A DNA stretch of 64,000 nucleotides from contig LSRY02000048.1 in assembly GCA_001643675.2 (NCBI GenBank), positions 248,001-312,000 of the forward strand, read 5' to 3'. The stretch comes from Monocercomonoides exilis PA203. Lineage: Eukaryota; Protista; Preaxostyla. The notes beneath the pieces were generated by a model, which saw only the letters and a program-made list of their open reading frames with translations, was not told the DNA's origin and made no database searches. The position numbers and the translations under genes are program-made. Of this stretch, positions 41,301-54,062 are shown piece after piece; positions within the stretch are counted from its first letter, which is position 1; every line of letters starts with the position of its first letter.

Positions 41301-42500
41301 GAAATCCCGATGTTTGTCATTAAGAATCTTTTTTCGGAATTCTTTTCTTCGTTCAACTGCTTTGATTGAATTCATTTCCTTTTCTATTTGATCAAACGAT
41401 AAATCATTTTTCTCGATTTCAATCAAATCTGAATTGATCCCTTGTTGTGTTCTTCCTCCGAAAATAAACAGATTTCCATCTTTGTCAGTTGAACATCTGC
41501 AATCAACCCGAAACAAATCCATATCTTCATCGAGCTTTTGTGTTTCCTTGGGTTCAATTGTTCTGAATCTTGCTGTTAATGTTCCACTCCCACTTTTAAT
41601 CACTTGGCTGCAGTCAAGAATTAGCAATGAATTGAATTCATTTCTTATTTTGTTGACAGGACAACCACCAAAAATGTATGAATATGCTCCATCAGAAGAA
41701 ATGAATGTTGAATGTCCATAATTGGATCTGGATTCTGGAATGTTGCTATCATTTCCATATCTATCAGTTATTTTCACCTCTTCCCAAACAGGATAAGTGT
41801 CATCGATTTTTGCTCTGAACATTCTGAGCTTTGTATCTGTGCTGTTTCCTGTGTCTCCTCCATAAACTACTGCATATCCATTGGAAACAAGCATTCCTCC
41901 CCAATAACATGGTTTTGGACCTTCTCCACTTGAGGCTATTTTCAATTCTCTCCATTTTTTCGTTTGAGTATTGAATTCCCAAATATCATTTAGAAATCCA
42001 GAAGCACTGATTCCTCCAAAAATGTAAAGTTTGTCCCCGTTTGAAGCATATGCCATTGAATGTCTTGCTTCAGGAATAGTTTCTCCTTCATCCACTTCCT
42101 TCCAGGTGCATGAACTCATATCAAATGACCATAGAGTATTTGATAAACCAGATTCTTTCCTGCCACCCCAGATATAAAATGAATTGTCAATTCGAAATTG
42201 AGCAAAATTCTTCGCCAACGGCTTTTTGCTCTCCACATTGATTTTTTGACGCTTAATGTTTAAAGGATTTAGAGTAACAACATACGCATCTGAAAGTGTC
42301 GCCTCTTTCTTCGTTGAACCTCCATAAATGAATAAACTTGAACGATTTCCATTTGAAAAGAACTGAACAAACGGAGAGTGTCTTGGGTTGATTTGTGAAC
42401 CAAAACGAGGTAATACTGTCATTGCTTCCACAATTTTCTCATTTGAAGCACAATGAATACAACAAAATAAAGAACACAGGAGAAATTCAAAGTCCATCAT
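38361..42500 (-). CDS. Large membrane protein: signal peptide, two Kelch beta-propellers, GCC2/GCC3-like Cys-rich repeats, about 3 TM helices
   Basis: Many F/Y-GG...W Kelch repeats; CAQG..CVDCDNGEY..CTNCPPGTY repeats; three hydrophobic helices. A 36-nt intron 39179-39214 joins the two ORFs. Confidence 0.85.
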
Positions 42501-43025
42501 TTTATGATCTGAACAATAAAATTAATTTTCTTCACACTTCAAAACCATAATCGTGTATAGGAAAAGAAAAAACGAAAAAAAATATAGAACTAATTTAACA
42601 ATTGGGTAATTCTTTTTTAAAAGTCGCAAATGTTTAATTTTCAAATAAATCAAAAACTTCATATTTGACTCAAATTTTCGTTGGCACACACCAAACTTCA
42701 CTAATATGGAATGTATTTAAGGATGATGCTATTTCACACATTCGAAAGAAGATTCATAAGTGGAAACGCAAATTTGAACACAATATGAAATTTTTGATTT
42801 ATTTGAAAATTAAACATTTGCGACTTTTCAAAAAGAATGACTTAATTGATATAACTAATTAAGCCCCGTGTCACCCTTGAAATCAAAAACATTCATTCGT
42901 CACTAAGACACACTTTGTTTTCTTTCTTTCTCTCTTTCTTTTTTTTTTTTTTTTTTTTTCTTTCTTTTTTTTTTTTTTTTGAAAAAATTATAACACCAAA
43001 AATTATTCAAAGTCGGATAATTTTT

Positions 43026-44002
43026 GGGTTTCACTTTAACTCTGACCTATTTTTAACCCCCACCTTTTTTTGTGGAGCTTACTACGGCTAAATACAAGCT
43101 CCTAACCAACGAAAAAAAACTAGAAACGTTTATTTAAATATATTTTTCTTATGCAGAAATAATTTTTTAACAATTCTTTATAATTTCGAGATCTCAGTAT
43201 TTTTTAATTGTATTTTTTAATCATTAAATTGATGGTCTTTCCATGAATAAAACATTCTGGAAGTTTTGAGCTACATCAACATTACGCATCACACCCTTTT
43301 TATTGTTTTTATCTTTTTTCTCATTTCACAAGTTTCTTTTTCGCTTGTTTTCTCATTTCATCCACTATTCAAAAAAATGAAATTTTTGATTGAATTAATA
43401 ACAATTTTTGCATTTAATAAGTTGTATCTCATTTTAAACTCAATATATTATTTTTCATTCATTAAATTTTTTGCTGAATAAGTGCGTTTTGTTTTGAAAA
43501 TCAAAATTTCATAATTTGATATTTTCCAATTTTCAACTTAAAATCATTTTTGCAAAGCTTTTTTGCATATCTATATAATTAACATTTTAACATATATTAA
43601 GGATCACCTTCAAAATTTTTCCAAAAATTCATCATTCATCAAAAATTTCATTTTTTTGAATATTGGATGAAATGAGAAAACAAGCGAAAAAGAAACTTGT
43701 GAAATGAGAAAAAAGATAAAAACAATAAAAAGGGTGTGATGCGTAATGTTGATGTAGCTCAAAACTTCCAGAATGTTTTATTCATGGAAAGACCATCAAT
43801 TTAATGATTAAAAAATACAATTAAAAAATACTGAGATCTCGAAATTATAAAGAATTGTTAAAAAATTATTTCTGCATAAGAAAAATATATTTAAATAAAC
43901 GTTTCTAGTTTTTTTTCGTTGGTTAGGAGCTTGTATTTAGCCGTAGTAAGCTCCACAAAAAAAGGTGGGGGTTAAAAATAGGTCAGAGTTAAAGTGTAAC
44001 CC
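43026..44002. mobile_element. Non-autonomous foldback/Mutator-like element with 365-bp TIRs
   Basis: 43026-43390 is the reverse complement of 43638-44002 with two mismatches seen; termini GGGTT...AACCC; 247-bp non-coding spacer. Confidence 0.9.
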
Positions 44003-47000
44003 TATTCAAAGTCGAAAAACTTTCAATCAAAGTCGAAAGTTCAAAATATTTCTTAATTTCAACAAGTTGACATTATTCAACAAAAATTCAAAACCATTTT
44101 TATTATTGAAATATCAACGATGCTTGTAATTTTTATAATTTTAAATCACTTTTTCAAGATATTTTTGTGCTTCCTTTTGTTTTATTGCAAATTTAATAAA
44201 ACATAAGAAGAATTCTTACAAATTTTTTTCTCATTTCAAATGAGAACAAACTTCTTTCCAGATAATTTTACAAAGAAGTATTTTGTTTTTTTTAACCAGT
44301 TTTCTGAAGTTTTATGTCCACAGTATTGGCTCTCTTATTTAGTGTTTTTATATTGGCAAAATTTTTTTGAAAAGTTCCATGACTTTAATTTTGTCCCACA
44401 AAATATCAAAAAAGATCACAAGATTTCGATCATTCCGTTCCCATTTCATATATTGTTTTTTATTGTATTATCTTTTTTTGCTCTCATCAACAAATATTTA
44501 ATTTGAACAATACAAATACTTTTATAACGTTTCGCAATTTTTTATATTTTCTTTTTGAAATTGTTATTTTAAAGCTATTTGATGAAAACATATTATTAGT
44601 TATAATTACTTCATTTTCATATCATCAAACTGAAAATTCATTTTGATTTTTGGAACATTTTTTAAGTTATTAATATATTTCTTTGTAACATGTTAATTAA
44701 ATTTAAATTTGCTTAAATGGGAGTATTTTTCGTTAGAAATTGTTATTCGGAGAAATTTCATTGAAACAATGCTTGCTATAATTGAAAGCTATTCAAAAAA
44801 ATTGTTTTTAAAGAGTTGTTATTAATGTATTAATAAAAACATGAAGGGTGACGAAAATTTTCAAAAAAATTGTTCATTTATTAATAACTCAAAAATACAA
44901 TCCATTCACATGTTGAGAATAAAACAGTTAGTTGTTATCAAGTTTATTTCATTTCAGCATGTACATTTTTCTTCAATTTTTCATATCATTTTTTGTATTT
45001 TCAAAAGATATTCTGTTTAATTTTTTCGATATTGAATGAAAATAGAAGATTTACTCATCTGATTAATTTTCCTTTTCATATGTAGTTGTTTTGTGAAGTC
45101 GTCTCTTCGCTCTGACATTTTATCTACAGCAGCGTGATTGTCTTTTTCGCAATTCCGGATGCTGTGAAGTGAAAAGAAGATTCGACAGGGGATTGGAAGT
45201 TATCACATTCATCATCAGCTCCTGCAATTTTCCATTCAAATGCCTCGGTGGTGGCTGCGTCATACACGTCGGATGCAGCGATGGATGACATCGAGTGGCG
45301 GCTGCGGTCAATGGTGCCTGAGGCTGCTGGGGTATATGCGCGGTACATGCTAATGCTGTTGCTGCTCCTTCCATCGCTGTGGGTGCTACATATAGTTCGA
45401 GGGATATTATTGTGGCGCGGAGGGCGGTGCAGAATAGGGGTGTTGTGTGAACCTCTGATGTGGTGCTTTCGGTGATGCTTTTTGTTCAGCTGGTGGAGAA
45501 ACTTTTTTTTCTTGCAGTGTCTGTGAGCACAAAGTCGGGGATCAAGCGGATCTTTTATGAAGCGGATATGAATGCGCGTCCGTCAATCAAAGAACTGCTT
45601 ATCTCGTCGCTATTACCGAAAATGATAACGCGTCTAAAATCCCTTCAGTCGATATTGATGCGCGTGAAAGGTGAAGCGTGAAAAGGAAGTGATTGTGTGA
45701 GGGGTTGAAGTGAGGGAGGTTGTTGAGAAGGCGCTTGAGGTGGAGCGAATGATGATCAAAGATGCAGCTCTATCGCCTTGGAGGTTAAACTGACTGGACG
45801 GAATGAGCGAGAAGAGTCTGAGGAATGATGAGAAAAAAGCGGAAAAAGAGAAAGATAATATCGGCAAAAAGTTTATCACAAATGAATGTGAAGGTTATAA
45901 ATCGAAAGAGGAAATAATATGTGAAATATCCGATCACCAGGAGAGGAAAGACGAAGATGATAGTGAAACATCTCAAAAAGAAAGATATGAATGAAGCGTA
46001 TAGGAAGAAGAATGAAAATGACGAGAGTGAAAGGAAGAAAATCGAAAGTGTGAGTGAAGTTTATTTAATATTCCTTTGAATTTGTGATCAGATTTTCAAG
46101 GATAATTGTAAAAGAGATGGAGATAAATACTGAGATTTCGTACTGTTCAACAAATGTTTTTGAAATGGATGAATAACAAGGCTCCGCCCTTGTTGAAGCA
46201 AGAAAAAACCACATGTCAATTAATACGGATTTGGCAAACAAAGAGGAATAAAGTTTGAAGCTGTCGAGCAAGATAGAAAAGAAGAGATTAAACTTTATAC
46301 GAAGAAGATGATACTGATGTTAGTGAAGACGAGGGATTCTGCGGTGATGCAAATTTAACTCGAGATAGTGAAGGCGAAGAAGAAGGATAGAATGAAGAAG
46401 AATTCGATGGAAAGAAGACGAAGAAGGTGTTCATAAATTAGAAGAAGAAGAAGTGGAAGACGAACGAGCGACTGAGTTTGCTTATAAGGATGCAGCAAAT
46501 TGAGAAGCAAATAATATCTTCTTTAAGGTGTGAATTATCATTGGAATCAAATTTTGTGGAGATAGTGAAAAGTGTAGAGAAGAAGGCAGTTCATGCTCTC
46601 CAAAAAGAGAAAACGAACATGATTGTGGAGGTGGATGCTTGTGACGTTGTCTGTCTGCATGCAGCCAACCATCACCTGGAATTGCTAATGTTGCTTTTCA
46701 ACATCCTCCCCAGCTCCTCTTATTTTTCTTGTCTCAACACTTTTTCCATTCTCCTTTAAAGTTTCTGTTTCTTATAATCCTTCCGAACTTCAAGTGCATC
46801 TTTGCCCTCATAAATGCTCTCGATCAGAACATATGCTTCCACAAAGATGCCCAAAATGTTCCCCCTTAATGGCTCTTCTTTTATCATCCATTTTCCTTGT
46901 CTTTTCCTCGTCTTTTGCAGACATTGATATTCTTTGGACTTCTTCCGCTTTCACTTCGCCTGCTTGATATTGAGTAACAGCTTGTCGAGATTAGGCGCGA

Positions 47001-47279
47001 AAAGAGTTAGCGCTTGTTGAAGGAATTTCCAGAGTATAATGAAGATGAAGAAGAAGAAAAAGAAGATGTTTAATAAGGTGGATTTTGTTTGATGAAAATG
47101 AATAAAATTTGATGTGAGATGATTCATCAGGTGTGTTAATTGAGAAAAAAACAAACGCAGAGGAGACATTAGCGTAAAATAGGCTGGTTATTTGGCATAC
47201 ATGTGAATTGGTGGGAATATCCGATAATAATGACTGTGAAATATAGGAACTGGGAGAGCTGCATACAGATCTGGAGAAA

Positions 47280-47800
47280 ATAGTGTTCAACTTTTCTGTG
47301 AAACAAACAATCCATTCTGACTTGATGATCAAAATATTGAAAATTCAGAAAATGGTTATTTGGGACGGTGAAGAAGGCGAAGAAGGAAAAGAAAAGAAAT
47401 GTTGTGATAATTCTGTTTCAGTTCTTGCTGTTGTCATCACAGAGTTTAATGATGAAGTTGAAACGGAGACTGTCCAGCCACTTTGATCATCATTTCCTCG
47501 GATTTCATGATTTTGATCAGAGAAGGCCAATTCATCGCTCATCAAAATCATTCCATTTACGATGACTTTCTTTGGTCCTATTTGACGAGTGACTGAATGC
47601 TTCATTGTCAAACATGGGAATTGGACAATTCCACAATGTGAGTGATTGGACGCCTCAGTATTACTCACAAGATTTCTTCCGGGTTGAAGAGATTGATGCA
47701 CAGAAGGATGGCTACACTCGTATTTACGTTGTCGTATCCTCTCACCCTATAAAAAGAGTCCAAAGAGGCTGTGACACATGTTATATTTTGTAGCTTTGCA
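47280..47800 (-). pseudogene. Fragment of a large surface-protein-like gene (HSHCGIVQFPCLT motif)
   Basis: Protein-like stretch with a C-G-x4-P-C-x-T motif flanked by stops and frameshifts; no start or end context. Confidence 0.45.
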
Positions 47801-49882
47801 GTTCCTTCCAGATTTGGTGAAATAACAAAAATGCACTTTCCCCATTTGGCTATGTTTGTTCTTAATGAAGAGGAGATCAGAAAATTGTGACTCTCTTTTA
47901 TCCATCTTAGGAGGAACTATTTTTTATATAAAGCTTATAATGACCTCTGTCATTCGAAATAGTGCTTCTTCATTTTTCAAAGGCTTTCGCATTTAAAGGA
48001 TATATTCCTTTATCTTTTCATTTCAAGGAAATGCTGCTCTGTTGCAAATTTTTTATCAACACTGAAAGAAAGAATTGAAAAATAAAGAATAAATAACACA
48101 ACACAAAATAAAACAGCAAACCATTCATCATTGTATATTCATTGCTTTCTTGAACATGTTTAAGCAATAATTGGAGAATGAAATGAAATTTTTCGTTCTG
48201 GGCATTGCAGATTTCAGTTCAAATAAAAATAAGAATCATCAACAGAAGAATAAATTTTCAATAAAAATTGAATTAAAAAAACCTTGAACAATTTTGAACT
48301 CAGTTATTCCAACACGGAATAAGGAAAGATAAAGCATATTCATTGTTCATAAGCTATTTTTATTTTGATCACATAACAGAATATATAATTTTTTGATTCA
48401 AAATATTTTTTTCATAAAAAAGTTTGCAATGAACTAACAACAACTGTGGAGAAAGTTAGTTTTTCTAATTAGAATTATGGAAACGGAGTGTTAAAAAATT
48501 AACTTCCATGGGTCAAATTTTTGATCTAACATCACTTTTCAAAAAAATTTAGCCATATAACAAAATACTCATCTCTCAAAAATTGAAACAAATGTCCAAA
48601 GTCTTGTTTTGAGTTGGTTTTTGAGTCTATTTTTCGTTTGATATTATCAAAAATTTCAGAAAACATATTCACAAATGTCGTGAAAATTTCTTCTTAAATA
48701 AAAGAATTAAATTTTCTTCACTTTATTTTTTCTAAATAAAATATGCGTATTTTTTTATGAAAAACCACCACTGATCAAAAATTTGACCCATGAAAGTCAA
48801 TAATTTCACACTCCGTTTCCATTATTCTAATGAAAACAACTAAATTTCACATAGAAGTTTGTTTGTTCATAACAAACCTCTCAACAAGAAAAAACGATTA
48901 GGATCAAAAAATTGTATTTCTGTTTCCTGATCAGAATAGAAATATAAATCTTGCAATAAATAAGAGTTTTATGTGCTTAAACTTTTCTGCAGCTGCTGTC
49001 TCATAAAATGTTCATAGTTTGTTTGGAATCTTTTTCAAGAATAATTTGAGATTCGTTGATAAATCAAAATTTCATACGAATTCAATTTTTCAATGAACAG
49101 AATGTGCTTAGAATAATTATAATTGCATAGATTGCCCCCATGAATTTGATTAAGATGAAAAACACGCAAATCAAACTGTTCACATTTAGTTTTTAAATTT
49201 CTTTTTTATTTTTAATAATAAACAATAAATTTCTTTTTTTTTTCAAGATTGACAAGTTTGCTGAAAATTTCAGAGCGCCTTTTGTAAAAGACCTTTCAAT
49301 GGAGGGCTGCTCAATAGAATCGTTTGTGTGAAAAGAGGATCTTCAGTGAATGTTGCAATAATCCAGAGTGAGACTGTATTTGTGTCTTCTGTGGCAAATA
49401 ATCACGCAGACAGCAAGCCATACTGAGGATATGAAGAACTTTTTGGATTGATAAGTGAAATAATGTGTAACATTATTTGATTATCGCATTCGCAGTTGTT
49501 GATCTCGAAGGAGATGGTTATTGTTGGAGAATTTGAAGAGAAGGATATGATTGTACGCTTTCTTCAATCTCCATCGTCGCTCTGGATCATCTGAGTTCGG
49601 AAGTTGTTTGTGAAGGCAACATCACACAACCTCAGAGAAAGTTCGTATAGAAAATATGAAATTCAACTATTGTCGTTTGTTTTCTTCTTCTTCTTCCTCT
49701 TCTCACTTAAATTCTTTTTCTTCTTCTTCTTCTTCTTCCTCTTCCTCTTCTTCTTCTTCTTTCTCCATATCATCGATTTTTCTCCTTTTGAATGTTGAAT
49801 TCACTTCTCCTTTCATTTCTCTCTCCAATTCTTCCACCAGCTCATTCTCTGCCTCATCCAACGAAAGATCTTCATTATGTGC

Positions 49883-49936
<54 letters not shown>

Positions 49937-50051
49937 TTCTTCTTCTTCTTCTTCTTCTTCTTCTTCTTCTTCTTCTTCTTCTTCTTCTTCTTCTTCTTCT
50001 TCTTCTTCTTCTTCTTCTTCTTCTTCTTCTTCTTCTTCTTCTTCTTCTTCT
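49883..50051 (+). repeat. Compound (TCA)n(TCT)n microsatellite
   Basis: Directly visible; it generates the spurious poly-K/M/F/L/H ORFs in the track. Confidence 0.95.
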
Positions 50052-50699
50052 TTTCATATGTTCTGCTAAGCAATATTCAGATTGAAAGAAATGCGTTGTT
50101 GGGATTCATGAAATATTAACTTTATTAGAAATTTTCTTTGAATGAAAATGAATATCAAAAGATGAAGGATTAAGAAGATGAAGAAGAAGATGATCATGCT
50201 GTTGATGTTATTTGGAGGAAAATATAAGGATCAATTATACCCAATACAGGCTCAAATAACAGTCACATGTTGTTGATGGCAATCTCTTTCTCATTCTGAA
50301 CCTGCTTGTGTTGTGTTGAAAAAGCAGAAGCAGAATCAGCGAAAAAAGTTTAAGGGCAGGCATTGCACCATTATTTCTCCATATAACATCCCATTTCGTC
50401 GTGAAACTGAACCGCTCACTACCCGTCCTTTTACAGTAGCTTCAGACATTTTGCTCCTTCCGCCTCATTCCTCCGCAGCTACAGCCACACAGGCTCCACA
50501 AGCATCATTACACTCTGAAACAGCAGCCATTGCACAGCCTCCGCAAGCCGCTCCAACACTTCCTCTGCTGACATACATGAAAGCACTTGTACAAAATCAT
50601 CCAGCGCAGGCTAACCGTCTTTACCACCATGCTGTTCTATGACAGGAATAGAAGAGATCAATAGTTGACTGCATTGCACATATCCAGTAGTCAGACACA

Positions 50700-51900
50700 G
50701 CTTGAAGAAGTTGTTGCTCTGAAGCGCCTTCGCCCCATATTCAAATGACGGCAGACAGCAGCCAGACAACAAGAAGACATCCCAGAAGATCTGCAGCAAT
50801 AGCGCCTGCAGAGTCTGCGGATTGCACACACAGAAGGGACTCCAGCTCTAAGTACATAATCCATCTGAACGCTGCCCCTAATGATGAAGTCGTTGCATCG
50901 CCTCTTCTGATCGCATCATACAACGTCTTCATCACCTCTTTCCGCTTCGCTGCATCAGCCCAGTTGTTATTTATTAGAATCCACAGAAACACTGACGCGT
51001 CTTACACTCCCATCTTTGTCCGTATCTTCTCAAACTCCCAAAAAAGCATCTTGATCTTCTTCTCCGACACCTCATCAAGCTCCGTGTTAATGCACTTACG
51101 GCACATCCTGAACGACACCATCAGGAAATTCTCGCTCTCTTTCATCGGCTGCTTCGGAGGCTCCCCTTTAAACAGCACCGTGTTGCAATACATAAAGAAT
51201 AACAGCTCGTCTCCGGTGATCTCATCCCGCAAAAATTTCCCGAACAGCCACACCTGCGCAAAGTCCGTCCGAAACAGTCATCACCTTCCAAACCTCCTCG
51301 CTCTTCTTTTTCTTCTACTTCTTTTGCTCAAGAATCATTTGCTGCTTCTCAATCACCTTATTGAACAGCTCTGTCTTGTCCTTTACCTTCACTAGCTATT
51401 CCCTTATCTCTTTCACGTCATCGTTAACCTTTTAACACAGCTCCAGAATCTTCCTCTGTTTCATTAAGATGATCTCGCACTTCTCCTTCAGCTGCTCCAA
51501 CAGCTCGCTCATACGATTTGCTTCTTTCTCGCATCATTCTCTTTCTGCCTCATTTGCTCCTCCTCCTTTCCCCTCTTCTTCTTTTCTTTCTTCAAGCAAA
51601 TACGGCACAATCTCCGCGGTGATAGAACCTCATCTTCCATCCTCCATCTTTCATCATCTCCCCCACCGCCTCCAGCTCCTTCTCAACAATCTTCACCGCT
51701 TCGCACACCGCAACCTCTCGCCTCATCACTTCGTCGTACCGCTTCACCTCCAAATATTTCAACCGAGACGATCACCGTATCTGCAGCGACGGGTCAAACA
51801 GATCGTAGATCGAAGTGAACGCATTCACATTTTCCACCGCGATGATCTAATTGTTTCATCACTTCGTACACTCAAAGGCTGTAAGTTAGGGAAGTGGAGC
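50700..51900 (-). pseudogene. Decayed coiled-coil/helical host gene fragment(s)
   Basis: Protein-like frames (FAQVWLFGKFLRDEITGDELLFFMYC; coiled-coil segment upstream) broken by many stops and at least one frameshift. Confidence 0.55.
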
Positions 51901-53085
51901 CACAAGCCTAACGGAAAGCATCGCCGGAAGTCTCACATCGTAGGCACACACAACACCCCCACACAGCACCGCCCGAAGCGTCTGCAGCAACAGTGGCGAC
52001 AGAATGAGCCGCACATGCACTCCAGCCACCTCATGCACAACAATCAGCAGCATCCTCTTCGTTCATCAATTGCTGATCCTGACGAATATGATGCTACCAC
52101 TGCCAAAGCATTTGAAGGATGAACTGTAGGTGCTGATGAGAAGATGAAGGCTGCAAGTACTTTTACGCCTTCTCCTCCTCGCTTCTTTGCTTCCTGAATA
52201 GTGAAACAGATATAAAAGATAATGGCCTTGAGCGATTGGGGAACTGCTACGCCTCTCCGGCCACAAGAGGATTTTTCAGATACACCACCTAGCCTGCTGG
52301 AAGCACCACCAGCTGCACAAAGACAATATCTTCATTTGATAAGAGATATTGATCAGTTGGAAAAACAAAAATTTTCTCATGTGATTAAACTGAACGGAAC
52401 TTAATATATTCAAGCAAAAAATTATGATGAAATGAAAAAAAAAGTTTGAGAAGAAAGATATATTGTGGAACCGTTGATGTTATGTTCACTATTTGGATTT
52501 GAAAAAAGAAGCAAGCTGTTTTTTGAATTTACACTAATGAAGCGCTTTCAATGGGAAATTGTGATTGGAGCTTCTTTTTTTAATTGAAACATCGATATAT
52601 TTTTGATAAGTTCAACATTTTGAAAGTTTTTCGATAATTATGAGCTACACATTGATGAAAATATCAAAAATCAAATTTTTAAAAAAAATTCACCTATCAA
52701 AGCAATTACTTTTTTCTTAGTTTTCCAACGAATATTCATGATTCAAAATTTGTTTCTATTCAAAAAATCTAAACGTTCACTCGAATGCATGAAATGAAAA
52801 AGACAAAAACAATTTATATTCTAAGTTTCACACAAATTGCAAAAAAACTGTAATTTACCAAAGTGAATAAGCGAAAAAAGCAAAGAGTTATACAAAATCA
52901 GTCTTTTTGAAAATTAATATTTGTTGATAAGTTGAAAAAATATCTTTAATAAAAACATGATAATGAGTGATGGGAACGGAATGATCGACAATAATTGATC
53001 ATTTGTGATCTTATTTTTAGATCAATTAATAATTTGTGACTTTTCATAAAAAAATACACATATAAAAAAAAAGTATTCTAGATTT

Positions 53086-53132
53086 ATGTTTCCCGGGTTT
53101 TGTCCTTGTCCCTGGTTTTATCCCTGACTATA
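53086..53132. mobile_element. Solo right-end TIR related to the pogo element at 22.8-25 kb
   Basis: TGTCCCTGGTTTTATCCCTGACTATA versus TGTCCCGGGTTTTGTCCCTGTCTATA (3 mismatches), preceded by a second partial copy TCCCGGGTTTTGTCC. Confidence 0.75.
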
Positions 53133-54062
53133 ATCCATTTCTTTTGTTTTAATTCCAGTGACAATACTCATTTTCCTCACAAAAATATCAATTCAAAATT
53201 TTAACTAATTTATTCCCTTTAAAGTTAATTTGTCAGCAAATTTTTTTTTTTTGTTGTTGTATTTTCTCCTTCAAATGCTTCGATTTTTGTTTTTTGAAAA
53301 ATAAGATTATCTTTTCGTGTTCACCACGATCAAACTCATCCAATTGCTGAGCGTGAAATACAAAAAAACAACCATATCAAATTTTCATTCAATTTTATCT
53401 TCCAGCACAGATGCTTGCATTCACTGAACACAATAAATGCACTGGATCAACAAAACTGCATTTTTTGAATTTGTCTGATTCCTGTGCTTTGAAAAGGTGG
53501 AGGATGGAAATATAATCAAGACAAACAAGACAAACAAAACACAAACATTCAGGCACTTTCATTCAAAAACAAAATCGTTGCATTTCGGTTGTTTTCCAAT
53601 TTAAAAAATTTTTATGCATAATTCATTGTTTTGTACTTTTTCTTCCTCCATGCCAACACAGGAAATAATATATTTAACTCCGTATAAATTGTTCACTCAT
53701 CAACCTCTTTTTTCTTCTAAAATATCTAATCTAAATGAATTTTTTGATCATAAATTCCATTATAACAATCTGAATAAGATAAAGCTTTGCTTTTCTTCAT
53801 AATCCTTTTCCAAAAATGCAAGTGCATAAAGACACGGTATGAATGCATATAATTTTTATGACTTTTTTGAGGTTTTATTTTTTATCTGTTTCTGCTTTCC
53901 AAACTTTTGCGAATTCCATGTGAATGATAAAAATGGTGTTTTTTCCTTGTCACTTTGCATCAAAAATGCAGGAGACCGAAAACACAAAAAAGTTCACTGG
54001 TGTGCAATTACTGTTGCATTTGAATTCTTACTGATATTGATCTTTTCAAATTTTATGAAGAA

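Larger units (their letters stand above)
44345..53070. repeat. Giant imperfect inverted repeat (two ~4.2-kb arms) centred near 48.65-48.7 kb
   Basis: Exact inverted anchors: 44426-44443/52971-52988, 45235-45243/52108-52116, 45720-45731/51678-51689 and 48507-48526/48773-48792. Confidence 0.85.
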
